Shown: positions 23,650 to 37,058 of the stretch, piece after piece | Layout of the letters: the number at the start of each line of letters is the position of its first letter | How positions within the stretch are numbered: the stretch's first letter is position 1 | Assembly: GCA_051313645.2 (NCBI GenBank) | Contig: JBNRSN020000017.1 | Coordinates: forward strand, 80,476,001-80,540,000 | Length of the DNA stretch: 64,000 nucleotides | Reading direction: 5' to 3' | DNA from: Centroscyllium fabricii | Lineage: Eukaryota | The notes under the pieces: model-generated | The model's database searches: none | The model's input: the letters and a program-made list of their open reading frames with translations, nothing else | Told to the model about the DNA's origin: nothing | Made by a program: the position numbers and the translations under genes

Positions 23650-25261
23650 GTAAGTGGAGTTTTCTAGTTTAACAATTTTTTTTTTTTGTTAAGATTGGTA
23701 ATGTATGTACTCCAACAAATCCTGGAGCACCGATTGCAACACCCTTTTTTTGAAACCAGCAGAGAAGATGGGTCTGTTAATGGTCATCTTCAGTGTTTCT
23801 CTGATCAGTCAGTAGGAGTTAATCGTAGTGCAGCCTGAGAATCCTTGCTTCTATCGGGGAGGTACCTTGCCTTTCACTCCGTGCTGTGCTTGATGACTAG
23901 ATGCAGATCAGCAATTTGTACTGTGGGAATGTCATGACTGAGATTTGAGTGCTTTAGATTACTTTGTATTTGCCAAAGCAGGACTAAATAATATTTTGTA
24001 GCAGTAAATGTGTGAGCTAGTTGTGAATATAATTGAAATTTAAAAACATGTTTGTAACTGGCTATCATTTATAAGTTTGCATTCTCTGTAAAATATGAAT
24101 GAATGTTTTCAATTTCCTGTTTCATTGCATAGATATTGTATGGCCTAAGCTGATTGTTGCAAATTTCCATTTGCATGTATTGTCATTCTGTTTTGTAACT
24201 TACAGTAAATACTTGGATGAAAAATGCTTTTAAAAAGCATCAACATTTGTCTATTGTAATATGGATGGACAACTGGAGACATTGAGTCCATTAGTGAGGG
24301 ACAAACTCACTTTTATAACGATACGTTTCAGATTCTACTAAAACTAGATCATGCCATCTATATGCCCAATAATAAATGCCCTTGAATCCATGAAAATTAT
24401 TGGTTACTTTATTATTTGCCAGGTAATCTGTTGTTTATGTGCCCATTTTCAAAGAGTTCAACAAAATTTCCACTAAAACAATAGCAGTTTTTAGCTGAAA
24501 TGATTAAGTCCAGCCATAAGGTCAGAATTGAAACTCCGGCTAGTTGCCATCAATTCACTGGACTTTCCGCGTGGTGGTGAGGCTTACGTTCTGAGGGGAC
24601 AGGCAGTCCATGCTAACTGAAGTACATTCCCTCTCCGCTACTTCATAAAGTCACATTGAGAGTAGATGCAGGCAGCCATGGACCCTTAAACTCTTGAGCT
24701 GGTGAAGGGTCGTGGCTGGCCGTTCATTAAAAAAATATATTAATTTGAGGGGGAAGAAATGAAATTGGTGTAAAGTATGTATTTGCATGTGTGTTATTTG
24801 CGAAGCTACTGCACTTGATCATTGTAAAAAAATGTTCCAACAGAAGTGTATTCTGAATCTGGCATTATTAGAGAAGTGACTACTCACTTAATAATTGCAT
24901 GTCTGTTCTGAACCTTTATTATATGCATACCTTAAATAACGGCAAACATTCCTTTGTAAAACTAGCTTTTCAATGCATTCGTTTTTGCAGTCATAATTGA
25001 CATGCTAGTATAGTTAATCTGTTGTAAAATTAGTTTATTTTACAGAACTTGTAACTGTTGCAGAATTAGGTTTTGTGGTCTGTGGAGATGTGCAAATCTT
25101 TGCATGAAAACTGGGTATGGTGAAGTAAAATTATTCCAGGATTGAGCTGGAGAAGTTGCAGGGCAGATGGTCAGTTTAATGCATTGACATACCAATTTTT
25201 ATAAAATACATCTATCTTCAAACATTTTCTGAGGCCCTTGAGAAAAGTCTAGTTATATATT

Positions 25262-26578
25262 AAAAAAAATAGACCTGGGCGTGGGTATGTAGGGCATCAT
25301 TTCAAAGTTTGCAGATGACCCACAACTCTGAAAAGTAGTGAACAGTGAGGAATATAGTAGCAAACTTCAGGAGGGCATAGACAGACTGGTGAAATGGGCA
25401 GACACATGGCAGATGAAATTTAACGCAGTGCAGTGTGAAGTGATCCACAGAAACACAGAAGATAGGAGCAGGAGTCGGCCATTCGGCCCTTCAAGCCTGC
25501 TCCGCCATTTTGATGAGATCATGGCTGATCATCCAAACCCAGCACCCCCCTCCTACCCTCTCCCCATATCCCCCGACACCCCTAACTCTAAGAACTATAT
25601 CTCACACACATGCTCATGGGCAATTTTTAGTATCTCCAATTCACCTAACCTGCATGTCTTTGGGTGGTGGGAGGAAACCGGAGTACCCGGAGGAAACCCA
25701 CACGAACACGGGGAGAACATGCAAACTCCACGCAAACTCCACGCAGAGAGGTCCCGGGCTAAGCAGGATTCGAACCCAGGAGCTCCTTATTGCGAGGCAG
25801 CACTGCGCCACCGTGTCGTCCCTCCCCACCGTGATGCATTTGGGGAGGAAGAAAGAGACAATATAAACTAAATGGTGTAGTTTTAAAGGGGGAACAGGAA
25901 CTGAGACCAGGGATGTATGTGCACAAATCTTTGAAGGTAACAGGACAAGTTGAGAAGGCTGTTAAAGGCATCTGGGATCCATGACTTTATAAATAGAGAC
26001 AGAGAATACAAAAGCAAGGAACTAAACCATCACAAAACACTGGTTATGTCTCCGCTGGAGTGTTGTGTCCAATTCTGGGCACCACACTTTAGAAAGGATT
26101 TCAAGGTCTTGGAGAGAGTCCAGAGGTAATTTACGAGAATGGTACAAGGGATGAGGGTCTTCAATTACATGGAGAGACTGGAGAAGCTGGGGTTGTTCTT
26201 CTTAGAGGAGAGATGGTTAAGGAAGATTTAATAGAGGTGTTCAAAATCATGAAAGGTTTTGATAAAGTAAATTAGGAGAAACTGTTTCCAGTGGCAGAAG
26301 GGTCGGTAACCAGATACAGATTTAAGATAATTAGCAAAAGAGCCAGAAGTGAGAAGAGAATTGTTTTACGCAGCGAGCTGTTACGATCTGAAGTGTACCG
26401 TCTAAATGGGTCGTGGAAGCAGATTCAGTAGCAACTTTCAAAAGCGAATGAATGGGAGAAATTTGCAGGGTTCTGGGCAAAGAGCGGGGGAGTGGGACTC
26501 TCTGGATCGCTCCTTCAAAGAGCCGGCACCGGCACGATGGGCCGAATGGCCACCACCTGTGCTGTAAGATTCTATGAT
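25262..26578 (+). mobile_element. CR1 LINE 3' fragment with nested antisense V-SINE type 2 (~25447-25822)
   Basis: FADD-region and WQMKFN motifs, CR1 3' UTR ending ATTCTATGATT; the SINE is flanked by GTGAT(C/G)CA. Confidence 0.88.
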
Positions 26579-27210
26579 TAAAAGTATCTGCACATGTAAA
26601 ATTTGATGGTTTTTGTTCCCATTAAGTTTCGGCAGGTTCATTTTAGCAGATTTGTTACACATTTTGTGAAGAATATTTAATTAGATATTGGTGACTTTCT
26701 GCACACCACAGCTGAAACTCCTCCATTTGTCTTGGAAATCGAGAAATGTCGCTGTCCTGCTTATGATTTCTGTCCTGGGAGCTGGTGCATGTATTTGTCA
26801 CATGATTTTTTGTCTTATAACACTCTTGTGAAGCACATTGGGACGATTTACCATGTTAAAGGCGCTATATACATACAAGTTGGTATAGCAAATTATATTT
26901 TGCATCAATGGATTGATTAAAACAACTAGCTAGGGCAATATCCTGTGGTAAAGTCAATGTTCATAAAATGCAGGAAGAGCAAGGCAGTGCTATGCAGTTT
27001 TATGTGCCTTTTTGCTGTTAACATGCTTTTTTTAAGTATAGCCAGTCTGCATTACAGGATAGTTGTAATGTGCAATTATTAAATTCTGAGCTGAGCTACA
27101 TTATTAATAGCACTACCTTGTGCTTAATCAGCACTTTGTCCCATTTCTGTATTAAAAACAAGTCACTGTTCACTTGATTTAGTGGGTAAAAGCACCTGCT
27201 ACTTTTGAAC

Positions 27211-27473
27211 CACATAGAAGATAGGAGCAGGAGTAGGCCATTCGGCCCTTCGAGCCTGCTCCGCCATTCAATGAGATCATGGCTGATCATCCAAACCCAG
27301 TACCCTGCCCCTGCCCTCCCCCCATATCCCTATCGAGCCTGCACCGACACATATCCCACCCTATCCCCGTAACCCCACATATTCAATCCCCCTAACACTA
27401 AGGGTCAATTTATCCTGGCCAATCAACCTAACTCGCACATCTTTGGACTGTGGGAGGAAACCGGAGCACCCGG
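27211..27473 (-). mobile_element. 5'-truncated V-SINE type 1, tail B
   Basis: Matches the 3' two-thirds of 52660-53052. Confidence 0.85.
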
Positions 27474-27698
27474 GTTTAACTTCTGGTCTGTTATTAGCCG
27501 ATTTCAGCCAGGGTAGCAGATGGGATGTTGCAATTGGCCTCTGCACTCGAGTTAGGGAGAGAGGGCAGGAGAATCAATGAGTTTCCTGGTGCTGATCAGT
27601 GGCTGCTGCTACACTGTCTGCAGGGGGAGCAGGGGAAGGTGATGGGAGCAGGCTTGGGTGTGATGCCCTCGGCATTTAAATAGCTTGCTAACACTCTG

Positions 27699-28266
27699 GC
27701 CCCGATTTTAACACTCCTCGCCTGGTAGAAGATGGGTGGGGGGCAGTTAAAATAAGGGCAGCCACTAACCCCATGTGATCCCCCTGCCTTCTTGCCGATT
27801 CCCAATATTAACCTCTTTTCAGCAAGCAGGACACTGCAGGAAGGTGGCGGGGTCCTGCTTTAACTATGCAGATTGGGACCCGGTCAGGCCAAAGCTGCCA
27901 GGAGCTGGATGGTGGGCCAGCAGAGGCTCCGCTCGGCAGGTAAATGTTTAGGTATCCTCGTGGGCCAGGAAGAGCAGGAGTGCTCCTTTTGGGCCCCACA
28001 AGACAACTTTGGGCCTCCCTTGCTCCGAGCTTGCTTTGATCGACTCCTCCCTGCCACTCAGCTGACTGTTGACCGTCCTGCTGCTTCCGAATTCCCAGTG
28101 TTTGAATTCTTGATCCCGCACACTGGCCATGTACGGGCGGGCGACCGACCATTTATGGAAGTGGGGCCTGGCTGTTAAGGTTGGCCAGGCCTTTGTCTCT
28201 GTTTCCAGGTATGTTGCCCGCTTTGGAGCTAACGCGCACCATTCCTGCCTCCGTTAAAATCGGAGC
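27699..28266. mobile_element. GC-rich MITE, superfamily uncertain (possibly PIF/Harbinger)
   Basis: TIRs GCCCCGATTTTAAC...GTTAAAATCGGAGC (13/14 match). Confidence 0.6.
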
Positions 28267-29929
28267 ATCTATATCTGGCCTCTTTCATGAATCTGCATAT
28301 TCACTGTTGAGGCTGCCTGTGTGGATAGGTGTTGGGGAAGCAAAGTGGCGAGTGGAGGTTATTTGATTGCTGTGAAGAGTGGGAAGAAGGGGATCCAGTA
28401 GAATATGCCTTTGATGGTAATAAAGAGTTGCATATTACATGTAAGAATTCTGAAAATAACCAGTATATTTGAAGATTTAAACGCACATCTGAGTACTTAA
28501 TAGTTTTAACACCCCCCCCCCCCCCCATTTTAAAGGAACCATTCGTAGTACGATATGGATTTTTAGTGATTGTTTCAAATCTAGTAAGAATTTTTCTAAA
28601 CTCGAAAGAAATTAATTCTTAGCTCATCAGACCAAATATCACTGCATTTGTCCTCTGATATGGAGACCCTTTGGGCTGAACATTTTATTTTTGCCTGATT
28701 GTGCAAACAGTTGGTTGGCTTGTTGAGCACAAGCTGTTTTCTAACCAGCTTGCATCTTTTGAAATTGAAAAATGTAGATAACAGATGTTTTATATTTACA
28801 AAATACTTCAGATAATTGGCTCTTTTAAAGCTGTGTTGCCACACAAACTTTTTTTAAATTTTCATTCACCCTTTAATGTCACATCAGTGCTACTGACACA
28901 AGCCTAGAAGCAGGACATCTGACTGCCCCTCATTTTGGAATGGCCTTCTCCTGAACGGAATCGTTTCTGACCCCCCTCCCTTGGCCACCTTCGCCACAAT
29001 CGCTGATGCGGCCAGGCTCTTGTCACTTGATGAGAGGACTGGCTGGAGATCTAAGCTAATGTGCCACTGCCCACTAGGAGGCACCCGAGAAAAGCTCGGT
29101 GTGCCTGTCTACAATTATTGTATTTGTTGGTGAGAAGCATCTGGCTTCCATTATTGCCACCCTAGATTGGCATAGAAAGAAATCAATAACTTGTTTGACA
29201 GAGATTGATGCCAGTCCACACCATGTTGCTCTGCACTTTGAAGCTCGAATGTGTGGTGCATTGGTTTCTCTTCTGTGCAGTATAATGACATGATTGACAG
29301 GCTGAAGTTTGCACAGAATATAAATATAGAAATAACTGCAATTGAACAAACTATCCTTTGAGCTCATAACAAAATAGGACGTAATGACTGTGGGTAATGA
29401 TTTTTGAAGGAGAAACTTCAGTACTAAAGCCACTTTTTCTTTAATTTGCATTTATTTCTTTCAGAATATTTTTATTTATTTAATATTTCAGCCTTTTACT
29501 TATGTCACCAGCCTAAATTTTTTTTTTTGGTCTCCAGCACTTTTTAAAAAGTCTGAATAAAAGCAACTTCCTGGTTCACGTGTCTGAGAATTCTGTATTG
29601 TGATTGGCTGCATTGCCACCGCACCCACACGCCGCCACCGCACCCATTAAAGCTCAAACATGGTGTAAAATGCATGAAGCAATAGGGCCATAGAATGTTT
29701 GCACACTGCAGTAATAATAAAGCAGATCATATCACCATATACTCCACTTAAATGAAACATATTTGCAAGGGGCCTTTGGAGGGGGTGTCCCATATTTGTT
29801 GGGGCACCTGGGCATAGGTCCCCTTAGGCTTTGTAAAGAAGCAAATTACAGGAAACATTTTTTATTCGGGACCGGCGTGATGCCGATTTTATCAAAGTCC
29901 TGATTAGCGAGGTATAGTAAAAGGTATGA

Positions 29930-30070
29930 GAGCCCCGTACATGGCCACAGATCCAGGCGTCTCTGTTGCATAGCAACAGGTGCAGGAACCCCAGCCACAG
30001 ATCTAGGCATCCCTGTTGCATAGCAATAGGTGCAGGAACCCCGGTTACATGGCCACAGATCCAGGAACGG
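29930..30070. repeat. Short tandem repeat, ~50-60-bp unit, 2-3 copies
   Basis: Repeated GCCACAGATC(C/T)AGGC...CTGTTGCATAGCAA(C/T)AGGTGCAGGAACCCC. Confidence 0.85.
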
Positions 30071-30440
30071 CCACTAATATGAAAGTAAAACTTACCTGAA
30101 CCTACTCCTGAATTTTGCCTGTTAAGAGATTTCTGGTTATTTAGGTGCCGGTAAATTGAGAGTTTCCTGTTGGTACATATAATTGTGTCTGGCAGCTTAG
30201 CATGGGTGAATAACTGAATAGATGAAGAACATGATTTCTGTATTTCTTTCATCATATCACTACCTTAATGCCCAGAATCCATATGCTTATGAAATAGTTT
30301 TTGCTGGATTTCTATGAAGCAACATTAGTAGTTACAAAGAAGATGAAAGCATTTTGTAACAGGCAGGCCACGCAGTGCTATCTCATACAAGCTTGTCTTG
30401 GTGTAAACTTCTATCTACAATAAGCTTGATTGCTGGTCCA

Positions 30441-30720
30441 CAACACCTTGCATTTAGATAGCACCGTTAACATGGTAAAACGTCCCTAAGCACTTCACAG
30501 GAGCGTAATCAGACAAAATTTGACACTGAGCCTCATGAGATATTAGAACAGGCTTGGTCACGGAGGTAGGTTTTAAGGAGCATCTTAAGTGAGGGCGGAG
30601 AGGTTTAGGGAGGAATTTCCAGAGCTTCGGGGCTAGACTGCTGAGGGCAAGGTCCCCAATCGAGGGGCGAAGGAAATCTGGGATGCACAAGAGGCCAGAA
30701 TTGGGGGAATGCAGAGTTCT
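30441..30720 (-). mobile_element. L2 LINE 3' fragment
   Basis: Reverse complement matches the 3' part of 3045-3550. Confidence 0.78.
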
Positions 30721-31263
30721 CTGGTTCTGAACTGGTATTAGAAGCAGAAACATTTTAATCTGGAAATTTTATTCAGTTGAAAGCTCAGCCAGCAGTTTTG
30801 TAGAAATTTGTTTGTGTTGGTGTATAATTTTATTAAGTTTCAACTTCTGAGTTTTCCATTAGTGTCTCCAGGGCACATTTAACCTACACAAGATTAGGCT
30901 TAATGGCTATCTGAAGTCTGGTACGTGCACCTAAATTTGCTGAAGGGGCATTAGGTGTTGCTTTTGTCTTTAAGAAATAATGTACGGTTTACAGGATTGA
31001 GTTGTTATAAATGTAAACGAGAATTAGCTATTTTGAAATTTAAAAGTTGGGAAACATGCTTGTGTGGTTGTACTGGTCCAGTATCAATACATTGCGAATC
31101 CCAAAGCAAAATTTGTGTATCTGTTCAGTATTCTGATACTACAAGCTGTAAGTCAGCTATTTGACAATAGTTTCCATTAGCTTCAAAACTAAATGTTGCA
31201 ACGCTAACATTTACCACTGTTTTTCCATTAGTCTGTTAGATTTTACACTGATATTTTCTGCAG

Positions 31264-31362
31264 GTCCAGGCCCACCCAAAAACAGGGCCCAGACCTTGGA
31301 TCTTTGGAACTTTCAGCTCCCGTGGATAAAGACTTCATATCATTGGAAATGAAGCGAACAAG
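31264..31362 (+). CDS. Candidate in-frame 99-nt cassette exon of MAP2K4 (unverified)
   Basis: gatattttctgcAG|G TCC AGG...ACA AG|GTTTGT; 99 nt, open in phase 2-2 as this intron requires; encodes (M)SRPTQKQGPDLGSLELSAPVDKDFISLEMKRT(R). Confidence 0.45.
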
Positions 31363-32084
31363 GTTTGTTTGGATTTGCATAATATGTAACACAGAAACTG
31401 TGACATTCTGGAACCAGTTCTGAGACTTCTGATAATTCATTTGAATTACATTTGTATTTGCATCCTGGACAACTTCAGACTTGTTGGGGGAGAGCAAGAG
31501 AGACGTAACACTTGGGTTTGTCTCGCACCGACCGGTATGGTAGAAGAGGAATATATGCAGTTACCAATGTTTTGCTACTAGATATCAATAGTGCACTTCA
31601 GTTACAGAATACATATTAAATGTTAAGGGGTGATAAAAGGGTATTGTGGTCATCTATTTACTCTGACTAAAGCAAATTAATATATCTGCTTACCTGTAAT
31701 TGATTAGCAATTGATTAATTGGTTCTGTGGGTTCATATTTTGTAACGCAGCTCTTTTGTACATTTGTCAATACTATGCAGCCTATTTCATACATAACTTC
31801 TGCATATGTTTTATCATAATAGACACATTAGAATTGTCAAACTTGGTTGCAATTTCTGTTGGGTGTTTTGTTCCAATTTCCTGACTTAAATGTTACTCCT
31901 GTACATTCAGCTATCAAAAACTCCATGTGTAAATAAGATTTGCTGTCATGCATGGGGGGTGGGGGTTGAAATGAGGCAAGTGAGGACATTTCCTTGTGAA
32001 ACTAGCCACTTACGCTACAAATGAAACTGAGTTTCACTCGGCTCATGAACTTGATTCCACCACCTTTTTTCTTTTAGTATCATT

Positions 32085-32870
32085 GAATGTTACAGCGCAG
32101 CAGGAGGCCATTCAGCCCATTGCGCTTGTGCTGACTTTTCAAGGAGCAGTCCACTTACACCCCATACTCTTTACATTTTTTTTCAATGTTTATTCACTTG
32201 TCTTTTTAAAAACTATTGTGGATTATGCTTTCACCACTGTTTCTGCTATGACATTCCATATCCTAACAGCCTCTGTGTATAAAATATCTCTCCATTCTTT
32301 TGGAACTGATCTTGAGTTTATGGTCTCTTGTTAACAATTTACCAGCGGAAATAATTTTTTTCCCAATTTGTCGCCTCCATCCCTCATAAATTTCAAGACT
32401 TGTCAGATCCCCTCTTAATGTTTTTTTGCTCTAATGAAAGGAACTCCCATTCTCTTGTGTCCTCATAACAAACACTCTCATCCCTGGAGTTATCTTGGTG
32501 AATCTCCTGCACACTCCATGGTCTTGACATCTTTGCTAAAGTGCAGTGCCCAGGACTGGACGCCATGTTCTAACTGCAGCCAAACCAGGGATTTGTATAG
32601 GTTTAGCGTTACCTCTGTCTTTGTACTTTATGCCTTTTGTATACAAAGTTTTGGATCCCTTTTTTTTACAGCATTATCAATGTGTCTTGCCACTTTAAAG
32701 ATTTGTGTACTTAAACTCCTGAATCTCTTGGTCCTTCTACTTTTAAACTTTCACCCTTTACTGTATACATCCTCTCCCTATTCATCCTTTCAAAATGCAT
32801 TACCTCGCATTTCTTTACCTGCTATCTCTTTGACCAATCTACTAACCTGTATGTCCTCCTGAAATTGCTT
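32085..32870 (-). mobile_element. Old degenerate CR1 3' fragment
   Basis: CAGGAGGCCATTCAGCCCAT tail hairpin region and GTGCAGTGCCCAGGACTGGAC (QFW-region antisense). Confidence 0.7.
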
Positions 32871-33849
32871 CTCAAGTTAACAACACTTTCTTAAACAGTG
32901 ATATTACTCTGATGTGTTGATATTACTTCAGGTTCTCACAAGAGCATTTACCAAACCCATTTTCGGCCCATCACTAAACAGGTTGGTGAATTTGATAGTG
33001 GAATTAATCTGCAAGTATTACTCTTTGGCAGGACAGGGGTCCTCCTACTCCTGCTGTTGGCACTTCGGCCAACATTTAGAGTCACACTCATTGGCATCCA
33101 TATGCAGCTATGTGGTCAATCTTGCTTTCACCAAGTTTTATTTGAGTGATTACCCTGCAATTATACAAGCTAACTTGAACACTTTTATACCTTGGTTTCC
33201 CCTGTCCATATCTGTATTAACTTGATATCTTCATTGAGTGAAGAATGAAGAATAATCTTGCATTACTTATGGTCTTTCTGTTTGACAAAAGTGTAGCCTC
33301 CTTTAACAAAGTTCTACCCCTTAATTCTCTCTCTAACCTGCTACGTAAGCTGTTGACTTTACTTTTTACTGCTATGTTCAGGTTTACTGAAAATTTCTGT
33401 CAAGGACCTATGGGTGCAAATAGTGTAAGGGCTTGTCATTAATTTCAGTCATTAAACCAGTTTTGGTATAGTTAGTATAAAATTAGGCTTTGTCCACCAT
33501 TCTTTGCATGAATAGACTATTTAAATGTAGTAATTCATAATCTAGATTAGTTTTATACATCTGCAAATTCTCTCAAATCTTTGAATGACTAAAGACTTAA
33601 AATATTATTGCCAAGTTTGTTATTTATAGCGGTACAAATTTTCTGAAGAGCAGTCATTTTTACAATGTTGATTACATTTAATTCTAAAGACTATAACTTA
33701 ATTTAACAGTGAAATTGGTAACTATTTGAAATTAAGATTATAAAAGGATTTGGGAAAGGTCAGCGAGATTTAATTAGAGTTAAAAGTTCCATTTTAAGAA
33801 CTAGTATAGGCACAGGTGAGGTAGGCCAAGTTTCAGTGGTCAAACCATT

Positions 33850-34400
33850 CTTGCTGGGTGACTATAGGATAAAACTGGTAGAATAATATTGTACGGCAAT
33901 GCTGTATGAACAGTATGATTATTTATTAGGCCAAATGAGCAATGCAGATATAACCCGCACGAGTTATGAACCACACAGCAGCACCATGGTGAATGAAAAA
34001 GGAGCCTCTGCTATTTCTATTCGTACAAGGCAGTGAAGAATCACGCATTACAGTATTGCTGGCAGAAGGTATACTACCTGGTTGTAATGCTAAAAGATAT
34101 AAAATGGTACACAAGGATGAAGTTTCACCTGGCATGCAATTATGGTCCCAAGAGAAGGGGCTTGGAGACCGAGGATTTAATGTTGCCAAAATTGCTTCCC
34201 GTGGTCATTAAATATTTAGTGGTTTGTTTATCAAAATAGCACTGATTTGAACATAATGCCACGAGGGATGACGAACCAAACATGGATGTAATCATAAAAC
34301 AATGATGCTTTGCAACGCGAGTACCACAACTCATCTTTACAAGTGCACTCATAAACTGACACCAGTAAAAACCTGGATTGTTTCAGTGTATTCCGAATGT
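33850..34400 (+). pseudogene. Degenerate pogo-family (POGK/Passer-like) DDD transposase relic
   Basis: Frameshifted translation YDYLLGQMSNADIT...MVNEKGASAISIRT / GSEESRITVLLA / PGMQLWSQEKG / TEDLM / TDLNIMPRGMTNQ / HKLTP is collinear with POGK-type motifs (QMGNADETP, WMTEDLM, IIPGGLTSQLQ). Confidence 0.75.
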
Positions 34401-34459
34401 AGGGCAGAAGATCATCTTCAAATATAGTATTTTTAACTAACTTCACCTGAATAGCAAGA

Positions 34460-35000
34460 TGGTCTTTGATTTAGCACCTCATCTGAAATGTCAGCCTAGA
34501 TTATGTCCCCAAATGCTGGAGTGGGATTTGAACCCACAAACTACCATCTAATTGAGTGTTAACAACTGAGCAAAGCTGGATCGGTGCTGATATTTCTCCA
34601 TTACCAAAGTACTTTAAAAAATGCTGTGCCTTCAACAACATGAATAAAAGTGTCTGCAACCACTGTGGTGTTAGAACTGTATTGTTTACCTTGTTTTATA
34701 GTAAGAAAATAGTGACTGCATGGACAGTGGACAACTAATGCTGAGACCCACTTTTTTTTAGTTACCACAGTAAGTCTGGATACAAGTTCCGTTTCTTAAA
34801 CTCTTGAGCTATCATGGAGTTGCGAGCTATCATGGAGTCCGTTTGGCTCTGTTGATATATTCTTGCCTCTTGAATCAGGAGGTTGTGGGCTCAAATTTCA
34901 CCTCTGGACCAGAAGGCATATTGTAAGTTGACCTGTGACTGCACTGAGGGAATGCTTTATTATTGGGGGTGCTATCTCTTCAGATAACGATGCTAAAGCG
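34460..35000. mobile_element. Two degenerate Deu-SINE head fragments (- at ~34460-34590, + at ~34830-35000)
   Basis: Similar to the head of 58171-58860 (GGTTGTGGG.TCAA.T, GCACTGAGGGA.TGCT). Confidence 0.55.
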
Positions 35001-35021
35001 AAGAAGCACAAATATTATAAT

Positions 35022-35650
35022 GACCCAGAAATTGCAGTGGAGCCTTCGTGTGGGTGCAGTACCTGCTTAACGACTTGAACTGCCCATATTCAGGTTTGCT
35101 TTTTTGCACTCAGAAATTGCAGTTAGCCCAGCCTGTCAGAGCTCTGTGCGAGCTTCATGGGCATCTGAAGGGCGTAATTAGTGCGAGATGGCTTTTGAGA
35201 CCACCTGATTGGCAGGGAGCCAATCAGTGGAACCAATTCTCCATTCAAAACTTCCACAGAGAAATCTGTGCGAGTTTTGAAAGGAGAGATTGCCCAAAAG
35301 ACATCTAAACACAAAAATAAAATTTTACAAACACCACATTTTTTTAACATTACCCCAACTAACACAAATAACCTATTTTAAAGAAAAAATAAAAATTTAC
35401 AGAAAAATGTTTCAACTTCCAACAGGTCTAAAAAAATACTTACCTGTCTTTAAAGTTATCAACAATTCAAAACCTGAAAAAACAACAATTAAAATCAATA
35501 AAATACACACTTACCGGATAAAAATGGCTACTTACGACTGCTTTTTCCCAGCGTAGAAAATCCTGGTCTTGGTCCGTAGAAAAACGTTAAAAAAATATCG
35601 GAATGACTGGACGCTCCCGTAGTTCGATGCTTCCTGCGTGGTCATTAATC
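35022..35650 (+). mobile_element. Probable DNA-transposon fragment (CCCAGAAATT terminus) with internal hairpin and A-rich tract
   Basis: Layout parallels 43616-44040; a matching terminus GAATTTCTGGCCC is at 77-89. Confidence 0.5.
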
Positions 35651-35659
35651 TCAGTGCTG

Positions 35660-36297
35660 GTTGACTGCGAGCTGAGCTTCCGACCCCAGATCTTCTCCAT
35701 CACAAAGACCGCCTACCTCCACTGCTGTAACATCGCCTGTCTCTACCCCACTCCAGTTCATCTGCTGAAACCCTAATCCATACTTTTGTTATCTCCAGAC
35801 TCGCCTATTCCAATACCATCGCATCATCCGTCTTCCATAAAATTGAGCTCATCCTTAATTCTGCTGCCCGTATCATAACATAAGAAATAGGAGTAGGCCA
35901 ATCGGCCCCTCGCGCCTGCTCCACCATTCAATAAGATCATGGCTGATCTGATCCTAACCTCAAATCTGGTATCCTAAGCTGCACCAAGTTCCGCTTACCC
36001 GTCACCCCTGTGCTCACTGACCTACATTGGCTCCTGGGTCACCAATGCCTCAATTTTAACATTTTCATCCTCGTCTTCAAATGCCTCCTTGGTCTCGCCC
36101 TTCCCTATGTCTGTAACCTCCTCCAGCCCTGCAACTTTCCAAAAACTCTGTTTCCCTCCTTCCTCTTTGCACAAGATTTTAGTTATTTGTCGTAATGCCG
36201 CCTCCTTTGCCTCTTACCAATTTTTGCCTGATTACGCTCCTGTAAAGTGCCTTTGGAAGTTTTCCTTTTAAAGGTGCTATATAAATGCAAGTTGTTT
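35660..36297 (+). mobile_element. L2 LINE 3' fragment with nested CR1 3' tip (~35876-35966)
   Basis: GCTGAAACCCTAATCCATACTTTTGTT..TCCAGACTCG and LTDLHWL motifs; GCTATATAAATGCAAGTTGTT tail. Confidence 0.82.
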
Positions 36298-36670
36298 ATG
36301 GAACATTTCTGTGGGCAAAGTGGCTGCTATGTTTGTCAACATAACAATAGTGACTGCACTAAAACAACGTCATACGGGAAGTGCTTTGGGACACCGTTAG
36401 GGACGTGTTGAGACACTAACTTTCTTTCCTTCATAAATTTCTTGACTAGTTTTAGGCATCACATACAATTTTTTGAAAATATCTGTGTTCCACGTTTGAT
36501 CTCTTGGATCCTTCCTAACACTGGTCATATAACCATATTTTTCACATCCATGGGTAATTCATTGACTTGTAACATATATGCGATGTATATTAATTTCTCG
36601 ATACATTTCCCCCAGATATTTTGAGTGATGGATCAGTTCAAGGCACCTTTTCTGTATAAATAAGTAACTA

Positions 36671-37058
36671 TGAAGAATGAGGGGGGATCTCATAGAAACG
36701 TTTAAAATACTGACGGGTTTAGACAGGTTAGATGTGGGCAGAATGTTCCCATTGTTGGGGAAGTCCAGAACCAGGGGGCACAGACTAAGGATTTAGGACT
36801 GAGATGAGGAGAAACTTCTTCACCCAGAGAGTGGTGAACCTGTGGAATTCTCTACCACAGAAAGTTGTTGAGGCCAGTTCACTAAATATATTCAAAAGGG
36901 AGTTTGATGTAATACTTACAACTAGGGGGATCAAGGGATATGGCGAGAAAGCAGGAACGGGGTACTGATGTAGCATGTTCAGCCATGAGCGTGTTGAATG
37001 GCAGTGCAGGCTCGAAGGGCCGAATGGTCTACTCCTGCACCTATTTTCTATGTATCTA
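36671..37058 (+). mobile_element. CR1 3' fragment
   Basis: RMRGDLIE / RNFFTQRVVNLWN region plus tail hairpin. Confidence 0.88.
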
